25,788 nt of DNA from Acidobacteriota bacterium (GTDB lineage Bacteria > Acidobacteriota > Thermoanaerobaculia > Multivoradales > UBA5704). The DNA lies in the NCBI GenBank assembly GCA_040005235.1, contig JBDTZG010000072.1:1-25788 (forward strand). The letters are read 5' to 3'. The notes under the pieces were generated by a model. It made no database searches, was not told the origin of the DNA, and saw nothing but the letters and a program-made list of their open reading frames with translations. This document shows positions 9,280 through 18,146 of this stretch, piece after piece. A program made the position numbers and the translations under genes. How positions within the stretch are numbered: position 1 is the stretch's first letter; every line of letters begins with the position of its first letter.

Positions 9280-9299
9280 CACGCTTCAAAACCGGACCC

Positions 9300-10802
9300 C
9301 TAGTGCCCTTCCGAACCGTGCTTCTCGATGTAGCCCTTCATCACGCTGTGTTTCTGGCCGTAGAGGAAGTAGATCACCAGGCCGATCGCGAGCCAGACGG
9401 CCAATCGCCACCAATTGCCGTAGGGGAGCGAGAACATCAGCAGCAGGCACATCAGGATGCCGAGGATCGGCACGACCGGAACCCAGGGGCAGCGGAACGG
9501 CCGTTCGGCGTCCGGGTACTTCTTGCGCATGATCAGCACCGCGGCGCAGACCACCACGAACGCGAACAGGGTGCCGATGTTGGTCAGGCGGAGCAGGAAG
9601 TCGATCGGCAGAAAGCCGGCGCCGAAGATCACGCAACTGCCGATCAGGATCGTCGAGAGCCACGGGGTCTTGAACCGGGGGTGAACGTTGCCGAAGAACT
9701 TCTTCGAGACCAAGCCGTCGCGCGCCATGGCGAGGAACACGCGCGGCGCCGAGAGCATCATGACCAACAGCACCGAGGTGATGCCCGCGACTCCGGCGGC
9801 GGCGATGATCCACTTGGCCCAGTCGAGGCCGCGTTGCGCGAACGCCTCGGAGACCGGCGCGTTGACGTCCAGATCCTTGTAGTTGACCATGCCGGTGAGC
9901 ACGGCGACCACCGCGATGTAGAGGACCGTGCAGAGGACCAGCGACACGATGATGCCGATCGGCACGTCGCGCTGCGGGTTCTTCGCCTCCTCGGTATGGG
10001 TCGAGACCGAGTCGAAGCCGATGTAGGCGAAGAAAATGATCGCGGCCCCTGCCAGCATGCCGAGCGGCGAGCCTTGCGGATCGGTCTGGCCGGTCAGGTG
10101 CTTGCCGAAGAAGTTGATCCCGGTCCAGCCGAAGGGCGCGAACGGATGCCAGTTGTTGGTGTTGACGTAGAAAACGCCGACGCCGATCACGAACAGCACC
10201 GCCGCGAGCTTGATGCCGACCATCGCGGCGTTGAAGCTCGCGCTCTCCGCGATGCCTTTGACCAGGATGACCGTGACGAGCGCGACGATCAGCACCGCCG
10301 GCAGGTTGATGAACGAGCCGGTCGAGACGAACAACCCGGTCGTGCCGTCGTATTTCCAGGGAGACTCGCGCAGCGCCAGAGGCAGCGCGTTGGCGCCGAG
10401 TAGGCTCTGGAGATAGCCGGACCAGCCGGTTGCGACCGTGGCACTACCGACAGCGTATTCGAGGATCAAATCCCAGCCGATGATCCAGGCGAACAGCTCG
10501 CCGAGCGTCGCGTAGGCGTAGGTGTAGGCCGAGCCGGCCACCGGCACCATCGAGGCGAACTCCGCGTAGCAGAGCGCGGCGAAGATGCAGGTGATGCCCG
10601 CCACGACGTAGGACATCATCAAGGCCGGGCCGGCCACGTTGTGCGCCGCGGCGCCGGTCGCGACGAAGATGCCGGCGCCGATGATCGCGCCGACGCCCAA
10701 GGCGCTCAGTTGGACCGGGCCGAGAATGCGGCGGAGCCGGTTGTCGCTCTTTACTTCGTCGAGCAGCAAGCTGAGCGGTTTGCGCGCGAACAGTTGGCTC
10801 AT
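9300..10802 (-). CDS. APC superfamily amino-acid permease (cationic amino-acid transporter-like)
   Basis: GVGAIIGAGIFV, CYAEFASMVPVAGSAYTY, FFAYIGFD, EEAKNPQRD and TNIGTLFAF. Confidence 0.93.
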   Translation of the reverse strand: MSQLFARKPLSLLLDEVKSDNRLRRILGPVQLSALGVGAIIGAGIFVATGAAAHNVAGPALMMSYVVAGITCIFAALCYAEFASMVPVAGSAYTYAYATLGELFAWIIGWDLILEYAVGSATVATGWSGYLQSLLGANALPLALRESPWKYDGTTGLFVSTGSFINLPAVLIVALVTVILVKGIAESASFNAAMVGIKLAAVLFVIGVGVFYVNTNNWHPFAPFGWTGINFFGKHLTGQTDPQGSPLGMLAGAAIIFFAYIGFDSVSTHTEEAKNPQRDVPIGIIVSLVLCTVLYIAVVAVLTGMVNYKDLDVNAPVSEAFAQRGLDWAKWIIAAAGVAGITSVLLVMMLSAPRVFLAMARDGLVSKKFFGNVHPRFKTPWLSTILIGSCVIFGAGFLPIDFLLRLTNIGTLFAFVVVCAAVLIMRKKYPDAERPFRCPWVPVVPILGILMCLLLMFSLPYGNWWRLAVWLAIGLVIYFLYGQKHSVMKGYIEKHGSEGH

Positions 10803-10881
10803 CGAGAGTCCTCCGGAAGGTGGTTCGTCATCCCTAATTCCTCCGAAAACGGTGGGTCGGGTTCAAAAGTTGTCGGGCATC

Positions 10882-12408
10882 CTATCTCGCGGCGGCCGTG
10901 GCGGAACGCCGCCAGAGCAGGTAGACGGGCACCCCGGTGAGCACGATCACCAGGCCGGGCCAGCTGGTCTGGGTCTTATAGAACAAGAGGATCAGCGTGA
11001 TCGCGCTCGCGGCGAGGATGTAGAGCGCGGGGACCAGCGGATAGCCGAAGGCGCGGTAGGGCCGCTCGGCGTTCGGTTGCGTGCGGCGGAGGCGGAACAG
11101 GCCGGCGATCGTCAGCACGTAGAAGATCAACACCGCGAACACCACGTAATCGAGCAGTGCGCCATAGAGGTTGCCGTACGACGGCTGGCCGGAGGAGTCG
11201 AGCAGCACGGCGCCCGCCGCATCGCGCAGGCGGGTCCGCGGCAGCACCAGAAAGCTCGCCCACACGCACTGGAGGATCAAGCCGACGGCGGGGACCGCGC
11301 GGGCGTTCAGCTTGCCGGTGGCGCGGAAGAACAGGCCGTCCTGCGCCATCGCATGGTAGACCCGAGCGCCCGCGAGAATCAGCCCGTTGTTGCAGCCGAA
11401 GGTCGAGATGACGATCGCGATCGCCATGATGATCGTGCCGGCGCCCGGGAAGATCGCGGAGAGCGCCGCGGTCGCCACCCGGTCGTCCGGCGCGGTCTGG
11501 ATCTGCGCCAGCGGCAGGACCGCGAGATAGGCGAAGTTCGCGAGCACGTAGAGCAGGGTGACCAGGCCGGTGCCGAGCGCCAACGAGAGCGGCAGGTTCC
11601 GTTTCGGGTTTTTCACCTCGCCCGCGGTGAACGTGATGTTGTTCCAGGCGTCGGACGAGAACAGCGAGCCCACCTGTGCCACGCCGAACGCCACGATCAG
11701 GGCGAGCACCCCGGCGCCGATCGGCGAGCCCCCCTCCGGCAGTTGCGGGGTCCAGGGATGGGCGAGATTCGCGCCCAGGTTGTGGCCGAAGAACAGGCCG
11801 ACCGCGATCAGCGCAAACAGAGCGAACGTCTTGGCCGAAGTGAACACGTTCTGGATCAGCTTGCCGAGGCGGATGCCGAGGGTGTTCAGCCAGGTGAGGG
11901 CGACGATCATCAGCACGCCCACCAGCTGCTGGGTGGAAAGCGAGATCGCGAAGCCCGACGAGACGTCGATCGGCGCCACCACCCAATTCGTCGGCGAGAT
12001 CCACGGCACCAGCACGCCGAGATAGCGGGCAAAGCCGACGGCCACCGCGGCGATCGTTCCGGTCTGGATCACCAGGAAGACCGTCCAGCCGTAGAGGAAG
12101 CCCCAGAGCGGCGACCAGGCCTCGCGCAGATAGACGTACTGCCCTCCCGCGTGCGGCATCATCGCGGCGAGCTCGCCGTAGGAGAGCGCCGCCCCCAGGG
12201 TGAGCAGGCCGGTGATGATCCAGGTGAGCAGCAGCCCGCCGGAAGTGCCCACCTGGCGGGAGATGTCGGCCGAGACGATGAAGATGCCCGAGCCGATCAT
12301 CGACCCGGCCACGATCATGGTCGAGTCGAGTAGGCCGAGCTCGCGGACGAAACCGGATTTCGCCTCGCGGGGGTCGTCGAGCGGTGCGGAGGTCGCGGAT
12401 CGGGCCAT
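10882..12408 (-). CDS. APC superfamily amino-acid permease (LAT/SteT-like), 508 aa
   Basis: GSMIGSGIF, YGELAAMMPHAGGQYVYLREA, AGEVKNPKRNLP and RPYRAFGYP; start at ATG 12408 after AAGGAGAAGGA; only the C-terminal part of the 1213-aa ORF is coding. Confidence 0.92.
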   Translation of the reverse strand: MARSATSAPLDDPREAKSGFVRELGLLDSTMIVAGSMIGSGIFIVSADISRQVGTSGGLLLTWIITGLLTLGAALSYGELAAMMPHAGGQYVYLREAWSPLWGFLYGWTVFLVIQTGTIAAVAVGFARYLGVLVPWISPTNWVVAPIDVSSGFAISLSTQQLVGVLMIVALTWLNTLGIRLGKLIQNVFTSAKTFALFALIAVGLFFGHNLGANLAHPWTPQLPEGGSPIGAGVLALIVAFGVAQVGSLFSSDAWNNITFTAGEVKNPKRNLPLSLALGTGLVTLLYVLANFAYLAVLPLAQIQTAPDDRVATAALSAIFPGAGTIIMAIAIVISTFGCNNGLILAGARVYHAMAQDGLFFRATGKLNARAVPAVGLILQCVWASFLVLPRTRLRDAAGAVLLDSSGQPSYGNLYGALLDYVVFAVLIFYVLTIAGLFRLRRTQPNAERPYRAFGYPLVPALYILAASAITLILLFYKTQTSWPGLVIVLTGVPVYLLWRRSATAAAR

Positions 12409-12470
12409 AAGGGTCCTTCTCCTTCCCAAGAGACGCCCCGAAACGGGTGTCGGAAACGGCGAACGGGGCT

Positions 12471-14249
12471 TTAGGAGGCGGATGCTATCTCGCGGAGAGC
12501 CGAAAGGGGACGGGGCGGGCTGATCCAATGTCCTTGGCCGTAGTCCACGCCGAGAGCGCGCAATTGATTGACCGCAGCAAGGCTGCCCACCGACTCGGCG
12601 ATCGTCTCCAATCCCATCACGTGGCCGACCTGGTTGATCGACTCGACCATCGCGCGGTCGAGCGGGTCGGTCACGATGTCCTGAATGAACTTGCCGTCGA
12701 TTTTGAGGAACGAAACGGGCAGCTCTTTCAAATAAGCGTACGAGGCCATGCCGCTGCCGAAGTCGTCGAGCGCGAAGCGCACGCCGCAGGCGCCCAGGCG
12801 GCCGAGCACGCGCACCGCCTGTTGCAGATTCTCGATCGCCGCCGTCTCGGTGATCTCGAAGCAGAGCTTCTCGGCGGGAAAACCGGTCGCGGCCAGGCGC
12901 TCCTCGATGAAATCGAAGAACGTCTCGTCGCCGATCGACACCGCCGAGAGGTTGATCGAGCAGAGCGCCAGCCCGTCCAGCCAGGCGGGCGATTCGGCGG
13001 CGAACGTTTCGAGCGAACGGCCGATCACCCAGCGGTCGATCGAGCGCATCAGGCCGTAGCGCTCGGCGGCGCGGATGAAGTCCGACGGCAGGTGGATCTG
13101 GCCCCCTTCCGAGATCATTCGCAGCAGCACCTCGAAGCGCAGACCCTGGCCCTCGCGCAGGGTGAGCGGCCGGATCTCCTGCGCGAACAGGCGGAACCGG
13201 TCGTGCTCCAGCGTTTCCTGAATGCGCAGCACCCAGTTCATATCGGCGTCCCGGCGCACGAACTCCGCCGTGTCGGGCCGGTAGACCTGAATGCGGTTGC
13301 GCCCCTTCTCTTTGGCCACGTAGCAGGCGTGGTCGGCGGCCGACATCAGGTGTGCGACCGAGGCGAAATCCTCGGTGATCGGCACCAGGCCGATGCTCAC
13401 GCCGACGGTGAACGTCTTGTCCTGCCAAGCGAAGCGGAAGCCCTGCAGCTCGCGGTGGAACTTGGCGATCTGCCGCTCCGCGGTCTCGAGCGGCGAATAG
13501 AGCGACAGCCAGCCGAACTCGTCGCCGCCCAACCGGGCCACGATGTCCGAGGCGCGCATGGCGGTCTGGAGCAACTCGGTCACCCGAAGGAGCAGCTCGT
13601 CGCCCGCGAGATGCCCGCAGGTGTCGTTGACCAGCTTGAACTGATCGAGGTCCATGTAGGCGAGAGCGTGCGGCACCCCGGTCCGCCGCGTCTCTTCGAG
13701 CGCGCGCTGCAAATGGCCGTCGAACGCCGAGCGGTTGAACAGCCCGGTCAAGCCATCGTGGGTCGCCTGGCGGGCGAGCTGCAGCGCCAGCAGGCGCTTT
13801 TCGGTCACGTCTTGGAACACCAGCACGGCGCCCACCTGCGCCCCATGGCGGTCGCGGATGGGAGAGCAGGTGCACTCGACCGCATGGCGCCGGCCGTCGC
13901 GGCGCTGGAGCGCGATCTTCTCGGTCAGGCGCAGGCTCTGGCCGGAGGCCAGGCAGCGCTCGATCGGGTGCTCGATCTCGCGGCCGTTGCTCTCGTCGAC
14001 CAGGGGCAGCACCTCGGCCGCAGGCAACCCCGCCGCCTCCCCGGCCGACCAGCCGGCCAGGGCTTCGGCCACCGGATTGAGCAGCTCCACTCTGCCGCGC
14101 GCGTTGGTCGCCAGCACGCCGTCGCCGATCGAGGCGAGGGTGACCTGCGCGATCTCCTTTTCCGCCGCGAGCGCCCCGAGCTGTTCGTCGTAGGCGCGCG
14201 TCGTCTGCATCAGCAGGTTGCGCAGGATCTCGCCTTCGAAACGGTTCAT
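12471..14249 (-). CDS. PAS-GGDEF-EAL c-di-GMP enzyme (592 aa)
   Basis: PAS (TLASIGDGV...NPVAEAL...VFQDVTE), HDGLTGLFNR, RASD I-site plus RLGGDEF, EVLLR, EITET, DDFGSG and KIDG; start at ATG 14249 overlaps the FIST stop (ATGA). Confidence 0.92.
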   Translation of the reverse strand: MNRFEGEILRNLLMQTTRAYDEQLGALAAEKEIAQVTLASIGDGVLATNARGRVELLNPVAEALAGWSAGEAAGLPAAEVLPLVDESNGREIEHPIERCLASGQSLRLTEKIALQRRDGRRHAVECTCSPIRDRHGAQVGAVLVFQDVTEKRLLALQLARQATHDGLTGLFNRSAFDGHLQRALEETRRTGVPHALAYMDLDQFKLVNDTCGHLAGDELLLRVTELLQTAMRASDIVARLGGDEFGWLSLYSPLETAERQIAKFHRELQGFRFAWQDKTFTVGVSIGLVPITEDFASVAHLMSAADHACYVAKEKGRNRIQVYRPDTAEFVRRDADMNWVLRIQETLEHDRFRLFAQEIRPLTLREGQGLRFEVLLRMISEGGQIHLPSDFIRAAERYGLMRSIDRWVIGRSLETFAAESPAWLDGLALCSINLSAVSIGDETFFDFIEERLAATGFPAEKLCFEITETAAIENLQQAVRVLGRLGACGVRFALDDFGSGMASYAYLKELPVSFLKIDGKFIQDIVTDPLDRAMVESINQVGHVMGLETIAESVGSLAAVNQLRALGVDYGQGHWISPPRPLSALREIASAS

Positions 14250-15382
14250 GAGGCCCCTTCGCGCAGCAGGGCCAGCACCGCGGTGTGGTTGTAGTAGGCC
14301 GGGGTCGCGTCGCCGCACGGCCCGATCTCGCCGAAAGTGAAGAAGCCCGACAACGGCACCTGCCCGAGCGCGCGATGGAGCGTCGCGATCTCTTCTCCCA
14401 TCCGCTCGCCCAACGTGTCCTGGCGATCGACGCACGAGTAGAGGATCGCCGCCTCGACCGGCGCGCCGCCGGTACGCATTCGCCCCGCGGCAGCCTCCAG
14501 GGATTCGAATCGGGACTCGACATCCCCCCCGTCGAACATCCCCATCCGTACCTGGTCGCCGGTTTCGAGCTCGCCCCAGAGAGTCACCGTGCCGGTCGAC
14601 CGATCGAACGCGCGCAGGCTGCGGTAGAGCCCTCGGCGCCGCGACGAGGGGCCGACGATGATCAGTGGGAAACCTTGCGACGCTTCGGGCAGGGGGGCCA
14701 GCTCGCCGCGGACGGTGAAGAAGCGGCGATACCAATCCGTCGCGGACTCGCCGTCGATCTCATAGAGGACCGGCCCCTCGGCGCGGGTGACGGTGTAGAT
14801 CGGGCTCGCGGCGGTCCAGCCGCGGAGAACCTCCACCTGCATGTCGACGCCATGAAGCAGGAGGGCGAGGCAAGCCGCGGGGTAGATCCGCCGATCGAGG
14901 AACACCCCGGTGCCGAGGCCGCCCGCGATCCGGATCTTCGAAGGCGCGAGGCGGCGGCCGATCTCTGCCAAGACCCGTTCGGCCGGAAAGCGCACGCCGT
15001 CGGCGAACAGCAGGACACCGTCCGCCCCGGCCAGGCGGCCGGCGAACGCGGCGATTTCGGCCTCGGCGGGCGGATGGTCGAAGCTGCCTTCGAGCACCAG
15101 AGCCTCCGGCGGTTTCGGCCGCTCGGGCCGATCGAACCAGAAGACCTGGACGCTGCCGTCGCCGGTCGACCGCGTATCGGAGATCTGGCCGGCGACCTCG
15201 CAGCCGCAGCGGAGCGTCGCGGGCCAGGCCGCGGCGAGGGCGTCGAGCGTCGGCCCGAGATCCGGAGTCGCGGGCAGGAACGCGAGCGCCAGATCCGGGT
15301 CGCGCCCCGCCGCGCGCGAAGCCTCCCCCAGCTCGCTCGGGGAAAGGCCTGCCGACGTCAAAGCTATCGTGCGGCTGCGCAT
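14246..15382 (-). CDS. FIST-domain sensor protein (FIST_N + FIST_C; NosP-like)
   Basis: GCEVAGQI, LFADG, IAGG, GW...S..YTVTRAEG..LYEIDG, YSCVDR and GFFTFGEIG...YYNHT. Confidence 0.88.
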   Translation of the reverse strand: MRSRTIALTSAGLSPSELGEASRAAGRDPDLALAFLPATPDLGPTLDALAAAWPATLRCGCEVAGQISDTRSTGDGSVQVFWFDRPERPKPPEALVLEGSFDHPPAEAEIAAFAGRLAGADGVLLFADGVRFPAERVLAEIGRRLAPSKIRIAGGLGTGVFLDRRIYPAACLALLLHGVDMQVEVLRGWTAASPIYTVTRAEGPVLYEIDGESATDWYRRFFTVRGELAPLPEASQGFPLIIVGPSSRRRGLYRSLRAFDRSTGTVTLWGELETGDQVRMGMFDGGDVESRFESLEAAAGRMRTGGAPVEAAILYSCVDRQDTLGERMGEEIATLHRALGQVPLSGFFTFGEIGPCGDATPAYYNHTAVLALLREGAS

Positions 15383-15559
15383 GGCTCGTCGCGCGGAATG
15401 TCTCGCAAATCTAGTTTGTGCGAACCCGGTCGCACCTCTCCAGAGCGCGCCTCGCGCTCCCGTTTTAGGAACCTTACGGCGATTCTATGCCGGTCTCCCG
15501 TTGCGAAGATACGTACCGGAGAGCCCTCGAATCCCGTCCTTGAAGGCTCTTGCAGTAGG

Positions 15560-15653
15560 GGCCTCTCCCTGGGACCGCCGAGCACCAGCTCGGCACGAGG
15601 CGGCGCAAACCCCAAGGCGGCCGATCAGGTGCCCGGCGATCCCGGGAAAGGCC
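15560..15653 (+). repeat. REP doublet (REPIN-like), family A copy 1, right arm degenerate
   Basis: GGGACCGCCGAGCACCAGCTCGGC (15571-15594), spacer ACGAGGCGGCGCAAAC..., right arm GCCGATCAGGTGCCCGGCGATCCCGGGAAAGGCC (15620-15653). Confidence 0.85.
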
Positions 15654-15697
15654 GCCGGATTGCGCAGCACCAGATCAAAGTCGCCGTGGCGTATTTC

Positions 15698-16117
15698 TCA
15701 GCGATCGGAAGTGGTTGTTTTCCAGGGATCGATCGTATCGACCTCGAAAACCGCGAAGTCGCGGATATTCCGCGTAACCACCACGAAATGATGCACGATC
15801 GCCGTGGCGGCGATCAGTGCGTCTTCCAGCAGGTGGTCGGATCGCCGGTGCATGAGCTTTGCCCAAGTTCGGAAAACCCGCCCATCGACCGGGACTACAT
15901 TCCAGGTCTCCGCTACCCGGTCGATCCACGCCTCGATCTCGGCGGCCTTCTCTGGGTCCTGTTCCCGGGTGATCTCCAGACCGGCTTGCAGCTCACCAAT
16001 CGTCGTGGCCGAAAGATGAAGGTCGTCGTCGGCGGTCTTCTTGACCCACGCCAACACCGCGCCGTGCGGTCGCGGCCGGCGCAACTCCGAGATGACATTC
16101 GTATCGAGGAGGTACAA
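15698..16117 (-). CDS. vapC: PIN-domain (VapC) toxin
   Basis: YLLDTNVISELRR, SATTIGEL, DALIAATA and VVTRNIRDF; TTG start. Confidence 0.93.
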   Translation of the reverse strand: MYLLDTNVISELRRPRPHGAVLAWVKKTADDDLHLSATTIGELQAGLEITREQDPEKAAEIEAWIDRVAETWNVVPVDGRVFRTWAKLMHRRSDHLLEDALIAATAIVHHFVVVTRNIRDFAVFEVDTIDPWKTTTSDR

Positions 16118-16123
16118 GGCCGT

Positions 16124-16399
16124 TCACTCCAACGGTGAGGGGGAGCGCCGACTCCTGCCTCGGCGAGGGGGTACCGAGATCTCAGCCCGCGCTCCCTCGG
16201 CGAGCAATAGATCCTTGAGAGTGGGCCGCGCCGCCTGTTCCAGCTGCCGCCACCGATCGACCGGCACTAGAACGGCCTCTTCCACCCCTCGCCGGGTGAC
16301 GATCTGCGGCCCTTCCGTGAGGCTTGCCTCTAAAAACTCGCTGAAGCGCGCCTTGGCATCTTGTACCGGCCACCTTTTTGTCGCTGTTTGCAGGGACAT
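16124..16399 (-). CDS. Phd/YefM family antitoxin
   Basis: WPVQDAKARFSEFL...EGPQIVTRRG..EAVLV; directly upstream of vapC. Confidence 0.92.
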   Translation of the reverse strand: MSLQTATKRWPVQDAKARFSEFLEASLTEGPQIVTRRGVEEAVLVPVDRWRQLEQAARPTLKDLLLAEGARAEISVPPRRGRSRRSPSPLE

Positions 16400-16433
16400 A
16401 TCAGGTTCCCCATATAAAGTGCGTCAACTTGCC

Positions 16434-16454
16434 CTAGTCATCTGACTAGTCAGA
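16434..16454. promoter_or_regulatory. Candidate Phd/VapC operator
   Basis: Perfect 14-bp palindrome TCTGACTAGTCAGA (16441-16454) overlapping CTAGTCA-TC-TGACTAG (16434-16449), 35-55 bp upstream of the antitoxin ATG. Confidence 0.65.
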
Positions 16455-16510
16455 GTGGATGCTAGCACAGGCACAGACGGCGGAGTTGGGCTAGAGCCTC
16501 CGCGCCTGGG

Positions 16511-16602
16511 GCCGTTCCCGGGACCGCCGAGCACCAGCTCGGCTGTTTTTAAGTTTGCGCCGCCTCGATGCCGAGCTGGTGCTCGGCGTACCCGGGAACG
16601 GC
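16511..16602 (-). repeat. REP doublet (REPIN-like), family A copy 2, opposite orientation
   Basis: 33-bp arms 16511-16543 and 16570-16602 with 2 mismatches; the spacer reverse complement ATCGAGGCGGCGCAAACTTAAAAACA matches the other copies. Confidence 0.9.
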
Positions 16603-16662
16603 TCTCTTGGCGCCTTGGCGTACTACTGCCGGCGAATTAGAGCCGCGATCACGGCCCTCGTC

Positions 16663-17189
16663 TCAGACCACCGCGCCGAAAAGATGGCCGACCAGGGCGC
16701 TGCAAGCCATCGCCACCGCTCCCCAGAAGGTCACTCTCGCGATCCCGCGCAGCAGCGGCGCACCGCCCAGTTGGGCCGCGAGGCCGCCGAGGACCGCGAG
16801 CAGGAGCAGGGAGGCGGCGACCACGAACGAGCTCAAGACGGACAACGGGATCAGCCAGACCAGCACGACCACCGGGATCGCTCCGAACGCGAAGGCGGCG
16901 GCGGAGGCCAGTGCGGCTTGGAGCGGCCGGGCGCGGGTCGATTCCGACATTCCCAGCTCGTCCCGCGCGTGGGCGCCGAGCGCGTCGTGCGCCATCAGCT
17001 GAACCGCCACCTGCTCGGCCAGCTCGGGGGTCAGTCCGCGCGACACGTAGATTCCCGCCAGCTCCGCCCGTTCGCTCTCCGGCTCGGTCGCCAGCTCGCG
17101 CCGCTCGCGGGCCAGGTCGGCCTTTTCGGAGTCGCCCTGCGAGCCGACCAGGCGGCATGGTCGGTTCGATGAAGCTCGGGATGGGCCAT
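16663..17189 (-). pseudogene. VIT1/CCC1 Fe/Mn transporter with internal deletion and frameshift
   Basis: ATG 17189 gives MAHPELHRTDHAAW, a VIT-like start; at ~17148 the homology jumps frame to VGSQGDSEKADLARE...ELAGIYVSRGL...AHARDELG...PLQAALASA; the LRAAVLGANDG...SMAAGEY segment is absent. Confidence 0.82.
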
Positions 17190-17480
17190 GGGTGGGACAG
17201 GTTACAAGAATTTCAAACGGCCCTGAGGTTGCGCGTATTTGTGACAACGTGCCGTCTCGCGCCTTGGTGACGCCAAGCTCGGCCGCGCGGAGGGGCAGGG
17301 GCTTCGCGAGCGGTGAGCTTTCGGGCTTCCTGCAGCCCGGCGAATCTGGCATGAAGTTCGCGTAAGGCTTGCGCGATTCATTCTCAATTACCGGCCGGGT
17401 GAGACCAGGTCTTTAGAGGACAGGCTCACTCCGGCGCCTTACAGTTGCGGCCGCTTCCGGCGGCCGGCGGAAAGGTCTAA

Positions 17481-18146
17481 ATGTCCGAAGTGCGGCCCCG
17501 CGTTCTTCTCGCCGATGACCATCCAATGATTCTCGCGGGCTTGTGCAAGCTGCTGGAGCCGGAGCTCGAAATCGTCGGGACGGCGAGCGACGGCTGTGCG
17601 CTCGTCGCCGCCGCGGAGCGCTTGAAGCCCGATCTCGTGATCACCGACGTCGCGATGCCGGGCCTCGACGGCATCGAGGCCACGCGCCGGCTCATGGCGA
17701 CCGGCCGCGACGTCAAGGTTCTGATCCTGAGCATCAGCGCCGAGCCTTCCTGCGTGCGGGCGGCGTTCGAAGCCGGCGCCCAGGGGTATCTCACCAAGAT
17801 CTCGGCTCCCGAGGAGATCGAGCGCGCCGTCCACACCGTGCTGGCGGACCGGTTCTACGTCGGTCCGGCGGTGGCTCGGGCGGTCGTCGAGCCGAACCCG
17901 TACGCGCCCGACAATCCGCCTCCCGCGTGCGAGGTCCTCACCCCGCGCGAGATAGAGATCCTCCGCCTGGTGGCCGCGGGCCTGGGCAACCAGCAGATCG
18001 CCTGGCGGCTCGGGCTGGCGGTGACCACGGTCCGTACCCACCTTTCCCGTTTGTACGAGAAGCTGCGGCTCAAGAGCCGAGTGGAGCTGGCGCTGTTCGC
18101 CGCGCAATCCGACGGCATGCGCGATCTGGGCGACATGGCGGCATGA
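17481..18146 (+). CDS. NarL/FixJ family response regulator (REC + LuxR HTH)
   Basis: LADDH, TDVAMPGLDG and GYLTK; LTPREIEILRLVAAGLGNQQIA..L.LAVTTVRTH. Confidence 0.95.
   Translation: MSEVRPRVLLADDHPMILAGLCKLLEPELEIVGTASDGCALVAAAERLKPDLVITDVAMPGLDGIEATRRLMATGRDVKVLILSISAEPSCVRAAFEAGAQGYLTKISAPEEIERAVHTVLADRFYVGPAVARAVVEPNPYAPDNPPPACEVLTPREIEILRLVAAGLGNQQIAWRLGLAVTTVRTHLSRLYEKLRLKSRVELALFAAQSDGMRDLGDMAA

Noticed and set aside
10882-14523. 1213-aa ORF as a giant permease fusion
   Set aside because: Its N-terminal ~700 aa is an Arg/Pro-rich off-frame reading of the GGDEF-EAL gene; the permease starts at 12408 with its own SD.
17543-18142. N-terminal extension of the kinase in the 826-aa ORF
   Set aside because: It overlaps the response regulator in another frame and has low-complexity composition; ATG 18143 with ATGA coupling is the better start.
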